A stretch of 57,752 nt of DNA, filler included, from Basidioascus undulatus (Eukaryota), in assembly GCA_000826855.1 (NCBI GenBank). It is 6 parts of 6 records of this genome, joined end to end, with 100 filler letters (N's around TTAATTAATTAA, not from the genome) between each part and the next. Parts side by side here need not be neighbours in the genome. Positions count along the whole stretch, not along the records: positions 19,333 to 28,887 come from JTLS01001244.1; positions 28,988 to 38,531 come from JTLS01001245.1; 4 more parts are not named here. One strand, 5' to 3'. A model generated the notes under the pieces. That model was not told where the DNA came from and ran no database searches. It was given only the letters and a program-made list of their open reading frames with translations. The position numbers and the translations under genes were made by a program. This document shows positions 21,900 to 34,869 of the stretch, piece by piece (positions within the stretch are counted from its first letter, which is position 1; each line of letters opens with the position of its first letter).

Positions 21900-24800
21900 G
21901 CCCTTACCCCTTCACCACCACCTCTTCGCGACTGACACCCTTCACGGCTTGGGTGACGTCGCTTTACCCCTATCAAGGTCTTTTCAACTCAGACTTCCAT
22001 CCGCTGTTCTATCCTCACGTCAACACCACCTCGTTCTGGCATTCGAGGGTTTTGTAAAGCATCTTTGTGCATGACTGCCCTAAAAAGGCAAGTAGGATTG
22101 CCGAAGCACGGGAGCGCTCGCAGGGCAGGTGGTCGCCCACTTGTTCGGGCGAACTTGTCCACGTTTCTCGGATTGGCTTCGAGTTCTTGAAGATTTTCAT
22201 GGAGATGGCGATTGCGGGTACGCTCTGAGAGCAGCGCGGCAAGAACTTATCATCATGAGGCATGGGGCGCACTGGGGCTGCGTGGGGCTGACTGTCTTCG
22301 CAGACTTAATTATGCATATGCGCCTGATCGAACGCCACTTCATTCAGTTATACAATATCATCAAATCTGTCAGTTTCCGAATGCCTGTTTTCCTTATGAT
22401 GCTCAATTCTGTGGACTGCCGGCGAGGGCATCGCCATGGAAACCCTCTAGGCAAGCACTCTGTAAAGCTTGTCAGACCTTCAAATGAGCTTGACCTCCTA
22501 TGGAAAATTATCTACCTTATCCTCATGTCACAAGTAAACATGTCTATGGGAGTTTCCCGACCACCACAACACCCTAGTAGCGAAGGCAACAAGCTGTGGG
22601 ACCTCAGCCTTCGCCAACGCAGGCCAGCGCAGGTGGTGACCATCAAATCTGCTACGTGTACCCGCTATCTTTGGATTTTTTTTTCTTTTGATGAAACACT
22701 CTGGAAGAATCCAACCAAGTACGCTTGAAAGCAGGAAATCTCGACCAATGGTTGCACAGTCAAGCAAGGCGACTGTGGTCGTAAACTTGATGTGCATATG
22801 CGCAGTTATCGAGTACTGTCTGGTTATGTTAAAGGGTGAAGGAGCTGACCTTGCAGAACCTCTTCGCCCCTTGTCTTCAATCGTCTAGTTCAATGACAGT
22901 ACGTGGTACCATCGTCTCCAGTCGCGAAACACCCCTATTCAATGGCTCAGACCACCCTCTCCGCTGCTTCGACATTTGCTTGAAGCAAAGACGCTGAATT
23001 TTCATGAAGCCTTGCACGGTAATCAGTGGCAACAGGTACGGGGAGCGCTGAAATGTCGAATGCACCCAGCACGCTTGCACTTCCAGGCCGCCCATGCACT
23101 CCTTCCATCGATGGCGCTCCAGGCGTCCAGGCGTCCAGACAAGAAACCAGTGATTTGAAACAGAGTGATAATACCTTTCAGGCCGACGTCGAGGGTTCAA
23201 CCCAAATCCAGCTAGATTCCTTACTCATCATTACCGCGCCAGCGGCGACCATGCAACTTGGTTGCTTTAATTACTACGAGTCGAGAAGCTGAGCCCTATG
23301 CAGGAAGGCACAATGTCCCAAAACCTTTTAAGAGCCGATAGGCTAGATGAGGTTCATTTGCCACGAAGGGCAGGCTCGCGCCCAAGTTAATAGTGTCGTT
23401 CTCAAACCTTGCCCTGTGCGCTACACTTCGTCAGGGATGATTGGCTCGAAGACCTGCATAGTGACAATTGTGTAGCTGCAGGCAAAATGGATTGTTTCTC
23501 AGGTTCATATTAGTGGCGAGAGTCCCCCCCAGGCCCCATTGGACGATGCCATAGGCATCCGAGGGACAGTATCGGCGAGGTGTCGGCACGAAGGGTGCCT
23601 GTCGAGACGAAATGCAGCCTGTAGCGGCCCCTGATGCAGCCGAAGGCTCACCATGCACATGAACTGTCGAACAAGCCGCGGCCATGACTGAGTTAGGGGC
23701 GCTCAAACGAAACTTTGAGCAGTAGGTGGACGGGGGCTTTGGGTCAGCAAAATTGCGCCGTGCCTCTTCACCTGTCCACCTGTACTATACCCCGGCCTCT
23801 CCAGCCTTCATACAAATATCACCCAAGCAGGCAAGTGCAGGGAATACTGGCAATCGGGCCAAGCCGCGCATACAACCGGGCGCCTACGAGTGCCCGTACT
23901 GCCGCAATTGCCTCCCAACGGAGGAGGGGTTGGACCGGCACAAGCTCTCGTGTCGAAACATAGGGAGGCACACGGTGAAGGCAACGTACTTTGATCCATA
24001 TTTATATATCATGAGACTACAATCTTGCTGACTCTGCCAGTTTTCGGTGTCAGCCCCGAAAGCGACTGGCCCGGAAGGCGGTCTGGAGGCCCTGGCCAGT
24101 TTTTCACTGTCCGGTCCAGATGGTGAGTTTTACATAGTGGCTGTCTGAGCAAAAACGTGAAAATTCAAAAATGGGCCAAAATAGACCCAAAAGCCTACCA
24201 TTTTGACACACAGTCGGCATTGCCTGTCGGCAATCTTGTAGCCGAAGCCTGGCCTTTGGGCCAGTAGCGGGCCTATGGGTACTGTGCCTTGCAGGCACTA
24301 CCATGTGCCTATAGGAATGACTGTTTGACCTCCTGGGTGCACTGCGTGGCCGACAGTCCAGGACATAGCCTATACATCAATGCATTATGCCTGCCGGGCC
24401 ACCCCACAACACACAGGAGCACTGGCTTCCGCTGGGAGCTCCAAACAACCCATAGTACAACCTCGTTGCATCAAGGGCTTGAGTCTTCCACCGAAGTCCA
24501 GCCTACGGGCACCCCGCTCACGAAGCCTGCCGACACTAGGGTTTCGGCTGCCTATCGGTTTACTAGCAACTTTGGGACAAAGGCGCCCAATCTTCCGCGA
24601 GATCTGAAAACATTCTACATCACTACCCCTTCGAGTATGTAGTGCGCCGAGCTAGCAGCGCAACTGATCGAAGGAATGTAGGACGTCAGAGCGCGAGGAC
24701 GAACCCGAGGTCTTCACTGGTGCCGAGGCGCAGAAGGGTTAACGTTGTATTCACAATGTTCCTAGATTCGAGACAGCCAGAGGGGATTTCTGGCAGCCAT

Positions 24801-25560
24801 CCTGGGGGAGGGCAGGTAGGTGACTAATTGTTTTGAGCTTCTCTGGTCTTTCAAGATTCCCCATAGGCCAAATTTCCACTGCACTGACTCTACCAGAAAA
24901 GAAAGACTTCCGGATAAGGAGTGTCATCAAGTCCTCAGAAGATCTTAACCTTTGCTTGATGCCCTTTGCTCTCAGCATACTTTTCGTTTACGGCGAACAG
25001 CATTGTTACATCCAAAGCATGGGTAACTATTGAGCAACACCACCAGATCCTTTGAGTTCAAGTTGACCCCAGTGTGGCCGTGTACCCATTCGCGTTTCGT
25101 CCGCAGGACTGTCACCACACTGCAGACCCGCTCCGCTCCTGGAAGTCTTGAATGCAATCAGAAAAACTGTGTAATGATCTATTTGGAATCCTTCCTCTGA
25201 GTACATCCTGAGCCCGTTAGTAAGATCCCCTGCAGAGAGCGATGGTGCTCCTCGTTGCTCAGCGGGCAAGCATGGGCTTCCTTCGGTTGCCGTGGATTCT
25301 GGAATAGAACCTCCTTAAATTAATAATTCATTGAATAAGCTTCTAACTTTCAGGCCTGAGGAACGCCGGACAGTCTGCCATCTGTGTAGTCGTGTACACT
25401 CTGTGTCCTCTCGCGCTGTCCCCGCCAACACAGCGTCAACGGATTGACACCGATCATAGTTGAGTTGAACGTGAAGAAGATCTGCATACCCCCTTCGCAG
25501 ACTGTAGCCTTGGAATCGGTGCGTGAGCAGGCAAACCTCAGCTGACAGCCTCACCTGATG
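21900..25560. mobile_element. Probable degenerate transposon relic(s); boundaries approximate
   Basis: Lower GC, visibly CpG-poor, no coherent gene model, a C2H2-like finger remnant (CPYCRNCLPTEEGLDRHKLSC, about 23891-23953) and short GCCAGT/ACTGGC repeats near 24036-24286. Confidence 0.35.
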
Positions 25561-25928
25561 TTGCTGCAAGCGTCCACAACGGGCCGTCCTAACAAACGTC
25601 ACCTCCGCTTGCCCCCGCTTGCCTCCGCTGTTCCTGTGAAAGAACGAGCGCACACAGCGCGTCATGAGCCCGCGAATACGCCTCAGGAACCATCGCTCTT
25701 ATTGCGCGATTCAGCGTACCAGCTTGCCGGGCCGCGGAGGTCATCATGCTGTATCTGTTCGTTGCTAGCCGTCGTCGTCTCCCTGTCACCAATGCGTCCC
25801 CGTCCGTCCCACTCGGCGGTAGCTAGTCGCTCGTATTCGGGTGCCGCTCCCCACCTCCTCCTTGTTCTGGTCTCCTTTCCTTCATATTCGATTTTGTTCA
25901 AGCTCACTTTCGCCCCACTCCTATTGTT

Positions 25929-27107
25929 ATGGACCCCGCGCAGCTGCATTCCTGGGCCATCACGCCACTCGACCAGCACTACGCGCAGTGGCAGACCCTG
26001 AGCGCCGTCCTGGCTGCATGCCACTACAAGCTCTACGTCGTCGCACCGGGGCAGCTCGACGTCTTCGTCCCGCCTAACGACCAGGCGGGGGCGCCTTTCC
26101 AGACGAGGGTGCGCTGCTCCCCTACACTCTGCTCTTCCTCTTTTCCACTCACCTCTGAACCAATTTTAACCTATGTTTCGACCTCAGTCCCCCCTCGTGC
26201 ACCCCGCCCTGCACACCACGCATGGCCCTGTAGTGCTCAAGCTGCTCTCGCACGCCGAGCTGGGGACCTACCGCAGGCTCGCGTCCCCGGCGCCGGAGAG
26301 CCACATCCTCCCGCTCCTGTCGCTCCTCGAGCTCTTCGAACAGGGGCAGGGCATCGTCCTCGGCATGCTCCCTAGGTGGGGCGACCCGGTGGGGCAGCCC
26401 TGGTTCGGCTGCGTCCAGGACGCGCTCCAGTTCGTCAAGCAGGCGCTGGAGGCTGTGAGGGCGCTGCATGAACGCTATGTTGCGCACCGAGGTGCGCTTT
26501 CAAGTCTTTGGAACCCCCTACTCCCCTGCATCGCCCCCAAATGTTGGACTTAACGCGAGTGTTTTTTACAGACATAAACCCACGTAACTTCCTCTCGCCC
26601 CCTCCGCAAGCGCCCATGCCGTCCGGCACGCCAGCCCCCACGACGCAGCCCTACAAGCTCATCGACTTCGAGAACGCCGTGCACCTCGCGCCTCCCACCT
26701 CACCGTTCCTCCTCAGTGAGTCTGCGCCCGGCCGGCCAGCCTTTCACGCGCCCGAGATCGAGCGCACGAACACATACAATGTCTTTGCCGCGGACGTGTG
26801 GGCGCTCGGGAAGGTGTTTGATGTCCTTCTTGGGGTGCGTCCGTCTCTTTCTCTTTCCCTACCTTTGACTTTTTGCGGGCAAGGCGCTGACGGATTGGGC
26901 GGGGTTGCATTGCAGCATGCGGAGATTCCCGGACTTCGGAATGTGGTCGAAGCGATGCTCGACCCCGACCCGCGTACGCGCGTGGATGTGAGGGTTGCAA
27001 TTCGGAGTTTCAGGGAGATGGAAGGTGGGTTGCCTGGAGAGGCTCGCGGGATGCGCGTGCCGGAGCTGAAGCATCAGGTCGGGAGTGGCGAGATGGAGTT
27101 GGACTGA
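25929..27107 (+). CDS. Divergent fungal protein kinase-like protein, 4 exons
   Basis: VVLK lysine, ALHERYVAHR|DINPRNF catalytic loop, YKLIDFE, HAPE, ADVWALG, MLDPDPRTR. Confidence 0.8.
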
Positions 27108-27653
27108 CGAATGCTGGGGCTGCCTGCTGCACTATATTACGCTACCTCTGTATTAGTTACACGATGTTGTTGCTTCGTTATATTTTCTGTTGCAATATAT
27201 TCTGTTGATTCTTGAACGTCGATGCAGAGTGGGAATCTCATGGGTCCGTGCTGCACGTTCGACGTTCCTTGGTCGTCTTGTGCCTGAACTTGTGAATGAA
27301 GGGGATGATCGTTCGACGCTGCGGTTGCCCCTGTGAAAACTATGTTGACTGCACAAAGGATATCTTGGGATCTCACAAAGAAACCTGAAGGCGGTGCCCT
27401 TCAAAAGTGTTCAACGAGATCCATGCAGTGGGGAAGAAAGAAAAGCAAACAAACGGCTGGAGATAGTAGTGCCCGCCCTACTACAACTAGCTAACCGTAC
27501 CTGTGCCGGCAACCGCAAGTTGCCGCCGCCGCTGCCGCCCGCACCTTGAACGCCCGCGAACCTGCTTTCCTGCCTCTTACCATCATCATCTACCTCGCTC
27601 CATCTTGCATCCACAGTTCAAATTTTACAGAGAAATATTACAGGCCATCAGCT

Positions 27654-28887
27654 ATGGCCAGACCACGCGCAGACTCGAGCGCGAGCGCAGGCGGCCTGTC
27701 CGACGCGTCGGCGTACGAGTACGTCGAGGAAGTCAACCCGAACCTCGTCCGTTCCTTTTTTCAGTGTTCATCGCTGGGTTTGGGTTGATGAAAGGGGTGG
27801 ATGATGGGGTATAGGTCTGCTGTATCTGCCGGTAACCTGCTTACCGCCCGTGAGCTCAGTGGCAAACAAGCTCTGAGGCCGGTCCCCGTCCCGATCTTGC
27901 AGGAACCCCTTCATCAATCCAGTACAGAGCCAGACGTGCGGGCATGTCTTTTGCGCACGATGTGCTGATCAAGGTACTTTTCTTTGGGCCTCCTCTTGTC
28001 GACAAAGATACTGAGCAGTTGGTATGCCTCACAGCCCTCGCCATCTCATCCACCTGCCCCGTCGACCGCTCGCCCCTCTCTCGATCCGACCTCGCACCCG
28101 TCTCGAAGATCGTCTCGAATGTGCGTCTGCCCTAACCCTCTCCACTTCCTATGTTTTCGTTTCTAAACATCCGAGCGATTGAACAGCTCGTCGATGAGCT
28201 GCCCGTGCGGTGTAAGCACGCATCCGCGGGCTGCACGCACACGTGCGAGCGGTGGCTGCTCCAGCGGCATCTGAGACTATGCGAGTGGGAGAGGCGGGCG
28301 CGTGCGGAGGATGCACAGGAGGAGCTTGTGGAGGAGGATGAGGACGGGGTGGTCGATTGCCTGGAGTGCGGGAAGGTGCTGCGCGAGGCGGACCTGGAAG
28401 TGCGTGTCCTTCATCAGCCCCTCAACAAAGTCATAGGAGTCGAAGCCCCTCATCCTCCTCCCCCCTCCGCAGTCCCACATCCAGCGCTGCCACAACACCC
28501 ACCTCACCTGCATGTCCTGCTCGCTCACGCTCCCCGCACCCTCCCTTCCCTCGCACCTCCTTACCTGCCCAGACCTGCGTATCCCGTGCCCCTACCACCC
28601 GCACGGGTGCGCGCACATCAGCCCGCGGCATTCCATGCCCTCCCACCTGGCAAGCTGCGTTTTCGCGCGCCTCTCGCCCGTGCTCGACCGCCTCACGTCC
28701 CTCGAATCCGAGAACGCCGCGTTCCGCACGCGCGCGGAGCAGTCCGAGCGCGCCCTGCGCGACCTCCGAGGCGAGATGGACGCGACCAAGCGGAGCTTGG
28801 GGAACTGGTTCATCCCCCCCGGTGCGCAGCCGGGCGAGTGGCCCACCCCCGCTGGGCCGCCCCCAATTCCGCCCCCGACGCACAATC
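27654..28887 (+). CDS. RING finger protein with TRAF-type zinc fingers and coiled coil, 3' truncated
   Basis: YEYVEEVNPNL|VCCICR|NPFINPV...CGHVFCARC...CPVDR; LVDELPVRCKHASAGC...HLRLC; CPDLRIPCPYHPHGC...HLASC; heptad-like RLTSLESENAAFR. Confidence 0.85.
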
Positions 28888-28987
28888 NNNNNNNNNNNNN
28901 NNNNNNNNNNNNNNNNNNNNNNNNNNNNNNNTTAATTAATTAANNNNNNNNNNNNNNNNNNNNNNNNNNNNNNNNNNNNNNNNNNNN
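28888..28987. other. Artificial contig linker
   Basis: N44-TTAATTAATTAA-N44. Confidence 0.98.
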
Positions 28988-30826
28988 TCCCGGATCTTTT
29001 GTCGTCGTTGTCGTGAGCAGCCTCTCGCAGGGTTTACAGGTCGGGAGAGCTGCTGAGCGAGCCGACCGAAACCACCCCCCACGCACACAGCCTTCGGCCC
29101 TTACCATATTTCATCTCGACCCAGGCTCACTCCTTATATATCCCACTCTTCCATCCGGGCGCGCTCCTCTTCATCGCCTGTTCGAGGGAAGCACGTTCGA
29201 TCTGTCCCACCGGCAATGGGACGGATCTATCGACGGACGGCCGAACGAGGACGAGGTTGACTGGCCTGACGTGAGTGGGAGCTGAGTCCCTTGTGCAGGA
29301 ACTTATCCAGGCAGGATAGCTCACCAGACTATGGACAGCTGTGGGAGGCGACCACGTACTACTTTTCGCTCCTCCAGACGCTTGGGGGTCTTGTCGCAGC
29401 GAAACAGGGCGGGGCCGTTTTCACCCTCGACCGCTTCTCGGTGGGCTTCAGCTGTCACAAGACCCACAAACGGCCTTGCTCAATGAAATCCTCTTGCAGA
29501 ATGCTTCTAGTTACGTTCTTCGGCTTGCCTTGGGCGTCCCTTCTGCCTGCGTAGCGGTCAACTGGTGAGCGGCTGTCGCAGGTTTCCGTAACGGCAGCCC
29601 CGAAAGAGGGCTTATTCTCGCCCTGGAAAACAGGTTGGACGTCGCTCTTCTCCTCGGACGTACAGACTTCACCCCTCAGTTCCTCAATACGTCGAGCAGC
29701 TTCACGCTCCCGCCCATTCTCGACATCAACTCGGAGTCGTGCAGCGGACCCAACTCTCACCTTCATTTCCTCCATTATTACGTCGGCCTCACGATCCCCG
29801 CGTCTTGCCTGATCAAGGGCCTTCCCTTCGCGAACCTCGTCATTTTCCTCGCCCCCGAGCTCGAGCTTCCGCGCGGCACGACTGTCACGCTCTGGCGGCG
29901 CATCGAGCTAGCCGGCGGGAGAGTCCGGTTGTCAAAGGAAAAGACTGCGAAGGGGCGGTTGCAGGGGGTGGACGTGGTGGTGATGCCTCATCGCAAGGGG
30001 GAGACCTACTTAGAGGTCCGTGTCGATGCAACTTACAATGCCGACGACCGTTCGGCTGACGGGGGTGGAAGCAACAGGCGCTCCGACAACAGCTCGTCGT
30101 TGGGAACCTGATCTGGCTACTCACCGTGCTGGACAAGGGAGTCTTCTCTGACCCGCTGGACCGCCTCTTCCATCAGTGCGTTGGCAATGCCCTTTCCGCT
30201 TTCGAAGTAGAACTGACCATCTCGTCCTTACCAGCCCGCTCCCGAGCACCCCACCACCGTTAGTAAAAAGCACGTACGGCCCAGCGGATGGCTTGAGCAA
30301 GGAGGTCAAGAGCTACATCGAAGATCTGCTTGATGCGCTGCAGGGCTAGTGCGTTTCCACCTCGATGCGACGCAAGCAACGTGTAACGCTGACTCACAGC
30401 GCTGGGTTCCACAACCAGCGGACTGAGGTTCACGCCCAAACTCGGATGCCGTGACCATGGATTCATCACAGCGAGGTCCATCTCCGCCTTCCCTAACTTC
30501 GACACTGTGCTGCTCTGTTTACTGACGCACCGCATCTGTTCCGCAGCGCCTGGCAGACCTACCGCACCGTCTGGCCGTCCTCCTCCTTCTACTCGATCGA
30601 GTGGCTCGAGGACTGCTTCCTGGCCTGGGAGTGGCTCGACCCTGCCTCGTCCAGCCGGTACCGTCCGACCGCGAAGCTGCCTCTGCCCGCGTTCAAGCCG
30701 CGGCGGCTGACGCTGGACGACCTGCGCGAGTGGGGCGCGGGGGTGAGGGGCCGGTGGGAGGGGAAGGAGAAGGTGCGTGTTGGTTGTGTTAGAAAACGGT
30801 GTTTGAGGAAAGTCTAATAGTGGTAA
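28988..30826 (+). CDS. Multi-BRCT-domain protein fragment (Rtt107/Brc1-like), 5' truncated
   Basis: LFEGSTF...LQTLGGLV...VAVNW; RIELAGGRV...GNLIWLLTVL; YSIEWLEDCFLAWEWL...RY, which resemble BRCT Trp helices. Confidence 0.55.
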
Positions 30827-31805
30827 GGCCCCGCTGGCCAGATCTTCGAGGGCAGAGTTGAGCGGGCGAGAGATCGGGGTAAACGCTGGCCTTGAGCGGT
30901 ACAGGCCTGGGTCTGCGTTGGGAAGGCACTTGTAAGCTTCGACGAATGTGAGCCTCCATGATGTATTTTTATGTCTGAAACTCTGGTGCTATACAGCCTA
31001 GGGCCTGCGATGCGATTCAACAGCATTGCGAGCATTCGACTTCGACAGTCGTGACCCTTTCGGTTGAAATCAGTGGCAGTGAGTCATCCGCGTACATCTG
31101 GAAAGGTCTGAGTCAAGACATACTCGTTAAATGATACAATTCTCATCTTGAAAAATCAAAGCAGTCGAGGTACGAGAGCGCTGCTCCACCGCTGCTCCTC
31201 AGCAACCGGTGCCGTCAGAGGGAAAGGCTGTCAGTGCTCTCAAGAGATTGTGGGGACGGATAAAAACTAGACTGAGGTTTTTATACATTTTAAATGCCAC
31301 AGGCGAGGTCTACTTGGTTTCGCCTGTCGAGGGGCTTATCGGTGAACGGCATGCTGCAGCGTGCAGCGTGGCACACGGCACTGGCTCTCAAAGCAGGATG
31401 AAAGCCACAGCGTCTTCCGCTTCCCGGGAGGTTCCTTACGGTCCAAAACGCACGTTGTTCCTTTGTCACCCACAGTCAAACAAGGAAATCAGAGACACCA
31501 GTGCCGCCTGCTTGCAGGACACACCTGCCATACGTGCCGGAGACTTTGGCTGTCCGTACAAACTTTTCCTTTCTTTCACTGCGAATTGTTGATTCGAACA
31601 CCAAATTCAGTCCCCAGCAGCTCTCGATAAGCAAACCGTGTGACAGCTACTCGCACTGCACTCCCCAGCCTGCTCTCACTGTCACTCGCAAACCGCACCC
31701 TCGCACAAGCATCCGCCGAATCAGCCCAATAATGATTACCCACCAACACCCCCACAACAAAACAAAATAAACAAAGCAAACGAACCTCTACTCTAAACCC
31801 AGGCA

Positions 31806-33074
31806 TTAAGCCCCACCGGCGGTCTTCGGCTTCGCCCCCTCCGGCTTGTCCGGCAGGGCGACGCTCGCGGTGAACCCGCCGTTCCACCACGCGACGCGGT
31901 GACCGGTCGTGGAGAAGGTCGAGTAGGCGGTGCCTTCTCCGCTTGTGCGATCAGTATCGGAGCGAAAGGGGAGAGAAGGAAGCAGGGAGGAGAGGGAGAA
32001 GAACCAGGACGCACCCACGAACCCGCTTGCCCGAATGATTGACATCCACTGGTTCCCATCCACGCACATATCAGCCACGCCCACATCCCCACCGCGGCCA
32101 AAAAAGCAGAAGGAAGCCACGCCACTCACCGCCCCATACCGCTCCTCCGTCCTCATCGCCAGATGGTCGACGACCGCCCACCCGCGCTCGTGCATCTCCC
32201 TCCTGCGCGCGGGGTCGGACTCGTCGGTCCACGCGCGCGTGCGCGTGGATGTTCTTTTCGGAGGAAAGGCGCCCGCACATGAGGGTGGTTTGGGCGTCAT
32301 ACCTGCTCGAGAGCGGGAAGGTGTCAGTTTTCGGATACGGTGGTGCGGGAGCCGGAGGAGGAGGGGGAAGGTAAATGGGGAAATGGAAATGGGGCGTGGG
32401 AGGAGGAGAACGAGGGAGTAGGTGGACAGGCAAGGGAGGTAAAGGGGGAAGGAGAGGGGACGAACAAGTCGTTTGAAGCATGGCACTCATCCGTCACCTC
32501 CACGCCCCCGACTGAGCACGTGTTGAGGTCATTCCTGCTCCCATTCGCTCGCATACATCAGGATTCTTCCTCTTTCTCGCGGAATGGTAGGGGGGACGGA
32601 CCGCCTGACACTTCATTGTGGAACAGGGAGGGCGTGGGGTTAGTGGGGTGGGAAGAAGAGGAGAGGGGAGGGGAGGAGGTAAATGAAAAAGGGAGGAAGG
32701 AGGTAGAAACAAAAAGGGTGAAGACGCACGTGTCGTAGAACAGCAGGTGGTCGTCCGGCCTGGTGAGCGTCTCCAGCGCCCGTCTTCTCCTCCAGCGTCT
32801 TCCCCAAATCCTCCACCTGCGCCCCCACATTACTCCCCGAAGGTGGGGGGAGGTGCGGGAGGAAAACCAGTAGGAGGTAGGAGAGGAGAGGGTGCTGGGG
32901 CGGAGAGAGGGTGAGGAGCCCGAGGAGGGAGAGAGTGAGGAGGAGGACGGTGCACGAGCGGGGGAGGTGGATGGCTAGGGTGGGAGGGTGGAGGAGGTGG
33001 ATGGAGGAAGATGCAATCACTTGGAGGGAACCGAGGAGCTGATACGGGGCTTGTGAACTGGGTATGGAGCTCAT
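31806..33074 (-). CDS. Hypothetical multi-exon gene (frames not fully reconcilable; may be a pseudogene)
   Basis: GC-rich exon-like blocks bounded by GT..AG and pyrimidine-rich introns; terminal exon ...GHRVAWWNGGFTASVALPDKP...GGA*. No recognisable domain. Confidence 0.35.
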
Positions 33075-34649
33075 GACTATCCGAGTATCCTTCTCCGGCT
33101 AGTTTATCGCAATCTCGAGCGTGCGATTGGAATTCGAAAAGCGTAAAGACCGTCGGGACAGCGCGTCGCGGAGAAGGATGAGAAGTGAAGCGAAAGGATA
33201 AGGACGGACGCGGTCCAGTCGCGTCGCCCGTCCAGAAAGAAACGCCAGCCATAATACTTATACTACGCAACCTCAATACCAAAAATACCGCAAGCCGGAA
33301 GGATCTGCAGCGATCCATGCGCTGCAACGAGACGACGGTGGGCAGCTGGGCGGTGGCTGGCGTGCGACCGCTCAACGCGATCGTGGGAAAGTTGGGGCCG
33401 GGCATGTAGTTGTTAATACAGCCGAGGCCGACGCGTGCCTGACAGACTGGAAGTGTGAATCGCTCTTGGTGCTGGAAAACTGACAGCGCTGCTGGACGTT
33501 GACAGGTTATTGAAGATGCCTTTGACGCGGTGCTTATCATTGGTATGGACGGATGCGAACTGCATCGCACACAGAGCAAGGGGATGCGGCAAGTTGATCA
33601 TGTTGTAAAAGTCGAGGGAACGCAGCATCGAACGTCAGGAACCGAGATGAACCGAGAAGCCGGGCCGAGCGCCGGCGCCCGCAACAGAGCTTCACTTCGA
33701 CCTTTCGCTCTTTTTCGAGCCTATGGGAGCACGAGTAAGGACCATAGTTATTATTAGTGGATTCAAGGGACCTTCTGAGTCTCCTAGACCTAACCATGTG
33801 GTTCCTGCCCTTCGTGAAGGTCAGCAAGGACGACGCGCTGCCACCCAGCTGCCCTCCTCACCGCCGCCTTCTCCGCCCCATTCCCCGTCCAACCTTAGAA
33901 CCCGATCGCACTCCGGATTGCTCTGACCGGGTGGCTGCAAGTACAGTACTTCATGGGCCCTGTCGCCCGCCCATCTGTGCCGGAACGGCACTGTCGTCGA
34001 GCGGGGCCGGCGCTGCTGCTTAGTCTCGAACCCAGACGGTACTCGCCACAGACACTGACACTGAGAGCTGGCGACGAAAGCGGAGTCAGGACTTGTTGGC
34101 GAGTACCGTCTGGAGAAACGAGTGGTTAGTCCTGTGCACAAAGGCATGGAGAATTGGGGCGAAAGGCTTAGAATGTGCAAATGGAAGGAGCACTCCGTGT
34201 CCAAGAAAGGATGTATCTTTCATGTGCACAGCTGCACCTAAAGAATTGGCTCTCCCTCGGCTTTCCTCATCTCTCGTTCGCCTGTGTGTAGTTGTAGAAG
34301 AACCCGTTGGCTGTGACGGGAGGGCGGTTGAGCGCACGGGAGGTCACGACGGCTGCCGAAGTGTGTGAGCCTCGAGAGAAATGCGGGGGACAGAAGGGTG
34401 AGAGGTAAGGAAGGGGAGAAGGAACAGCGTAACAGTGTCTCCGTGGTATGACCGGTAGTAGCTGATCAGCCCGAAGCCGGACCCGCCTGCGAGGGTCTTG
34501 CAGTCTGTCGCGTGGAAGACGTACTGTTGCGGCGTGAGTATGTCAGCAAAGGCAAGAGGTGCAAGTCAGGAAATGGGAAGCCAAAATCTACATCTACAAG
34601 CAGAAACACTGACGTTGTCGAGCTGTGCCACGACTCATAGTGAGCTGCC

Positions 34650-34711
34650 TGGGTCTTGCAGCGTCGCACAGAGCAAAATGCGTGGGTCTTGCAGCGCCGC
34701 ACAGATCAAAA
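34650..34711 (+). repeat. Imperfect tandem duplication, period 33 bp
   Basis: TGGGTCTTGCAGCGTCGCACAGAGCAAAA at 34650 and TGGGTCTTGCAGCGCCGCACAGATCAAAA at 34683; partial third copy GGGTCTTGCAG at 34493. Confidence 0.8.
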
Positions 34712-34869
34712 AAAAGGTGACGCACGATGGACCCCTGCAGCGCATACTGCTTCATCTCCCCGAAAGAGTGTTGTTCCCTACCCGCTCTCCCTTACCCTCA
34801 GCACTCTCCCTCCCCCGCCTTCTCCCCCATGCAACTCACCTTCATCCGCGTTCTTCCCTTTCTCCATGT

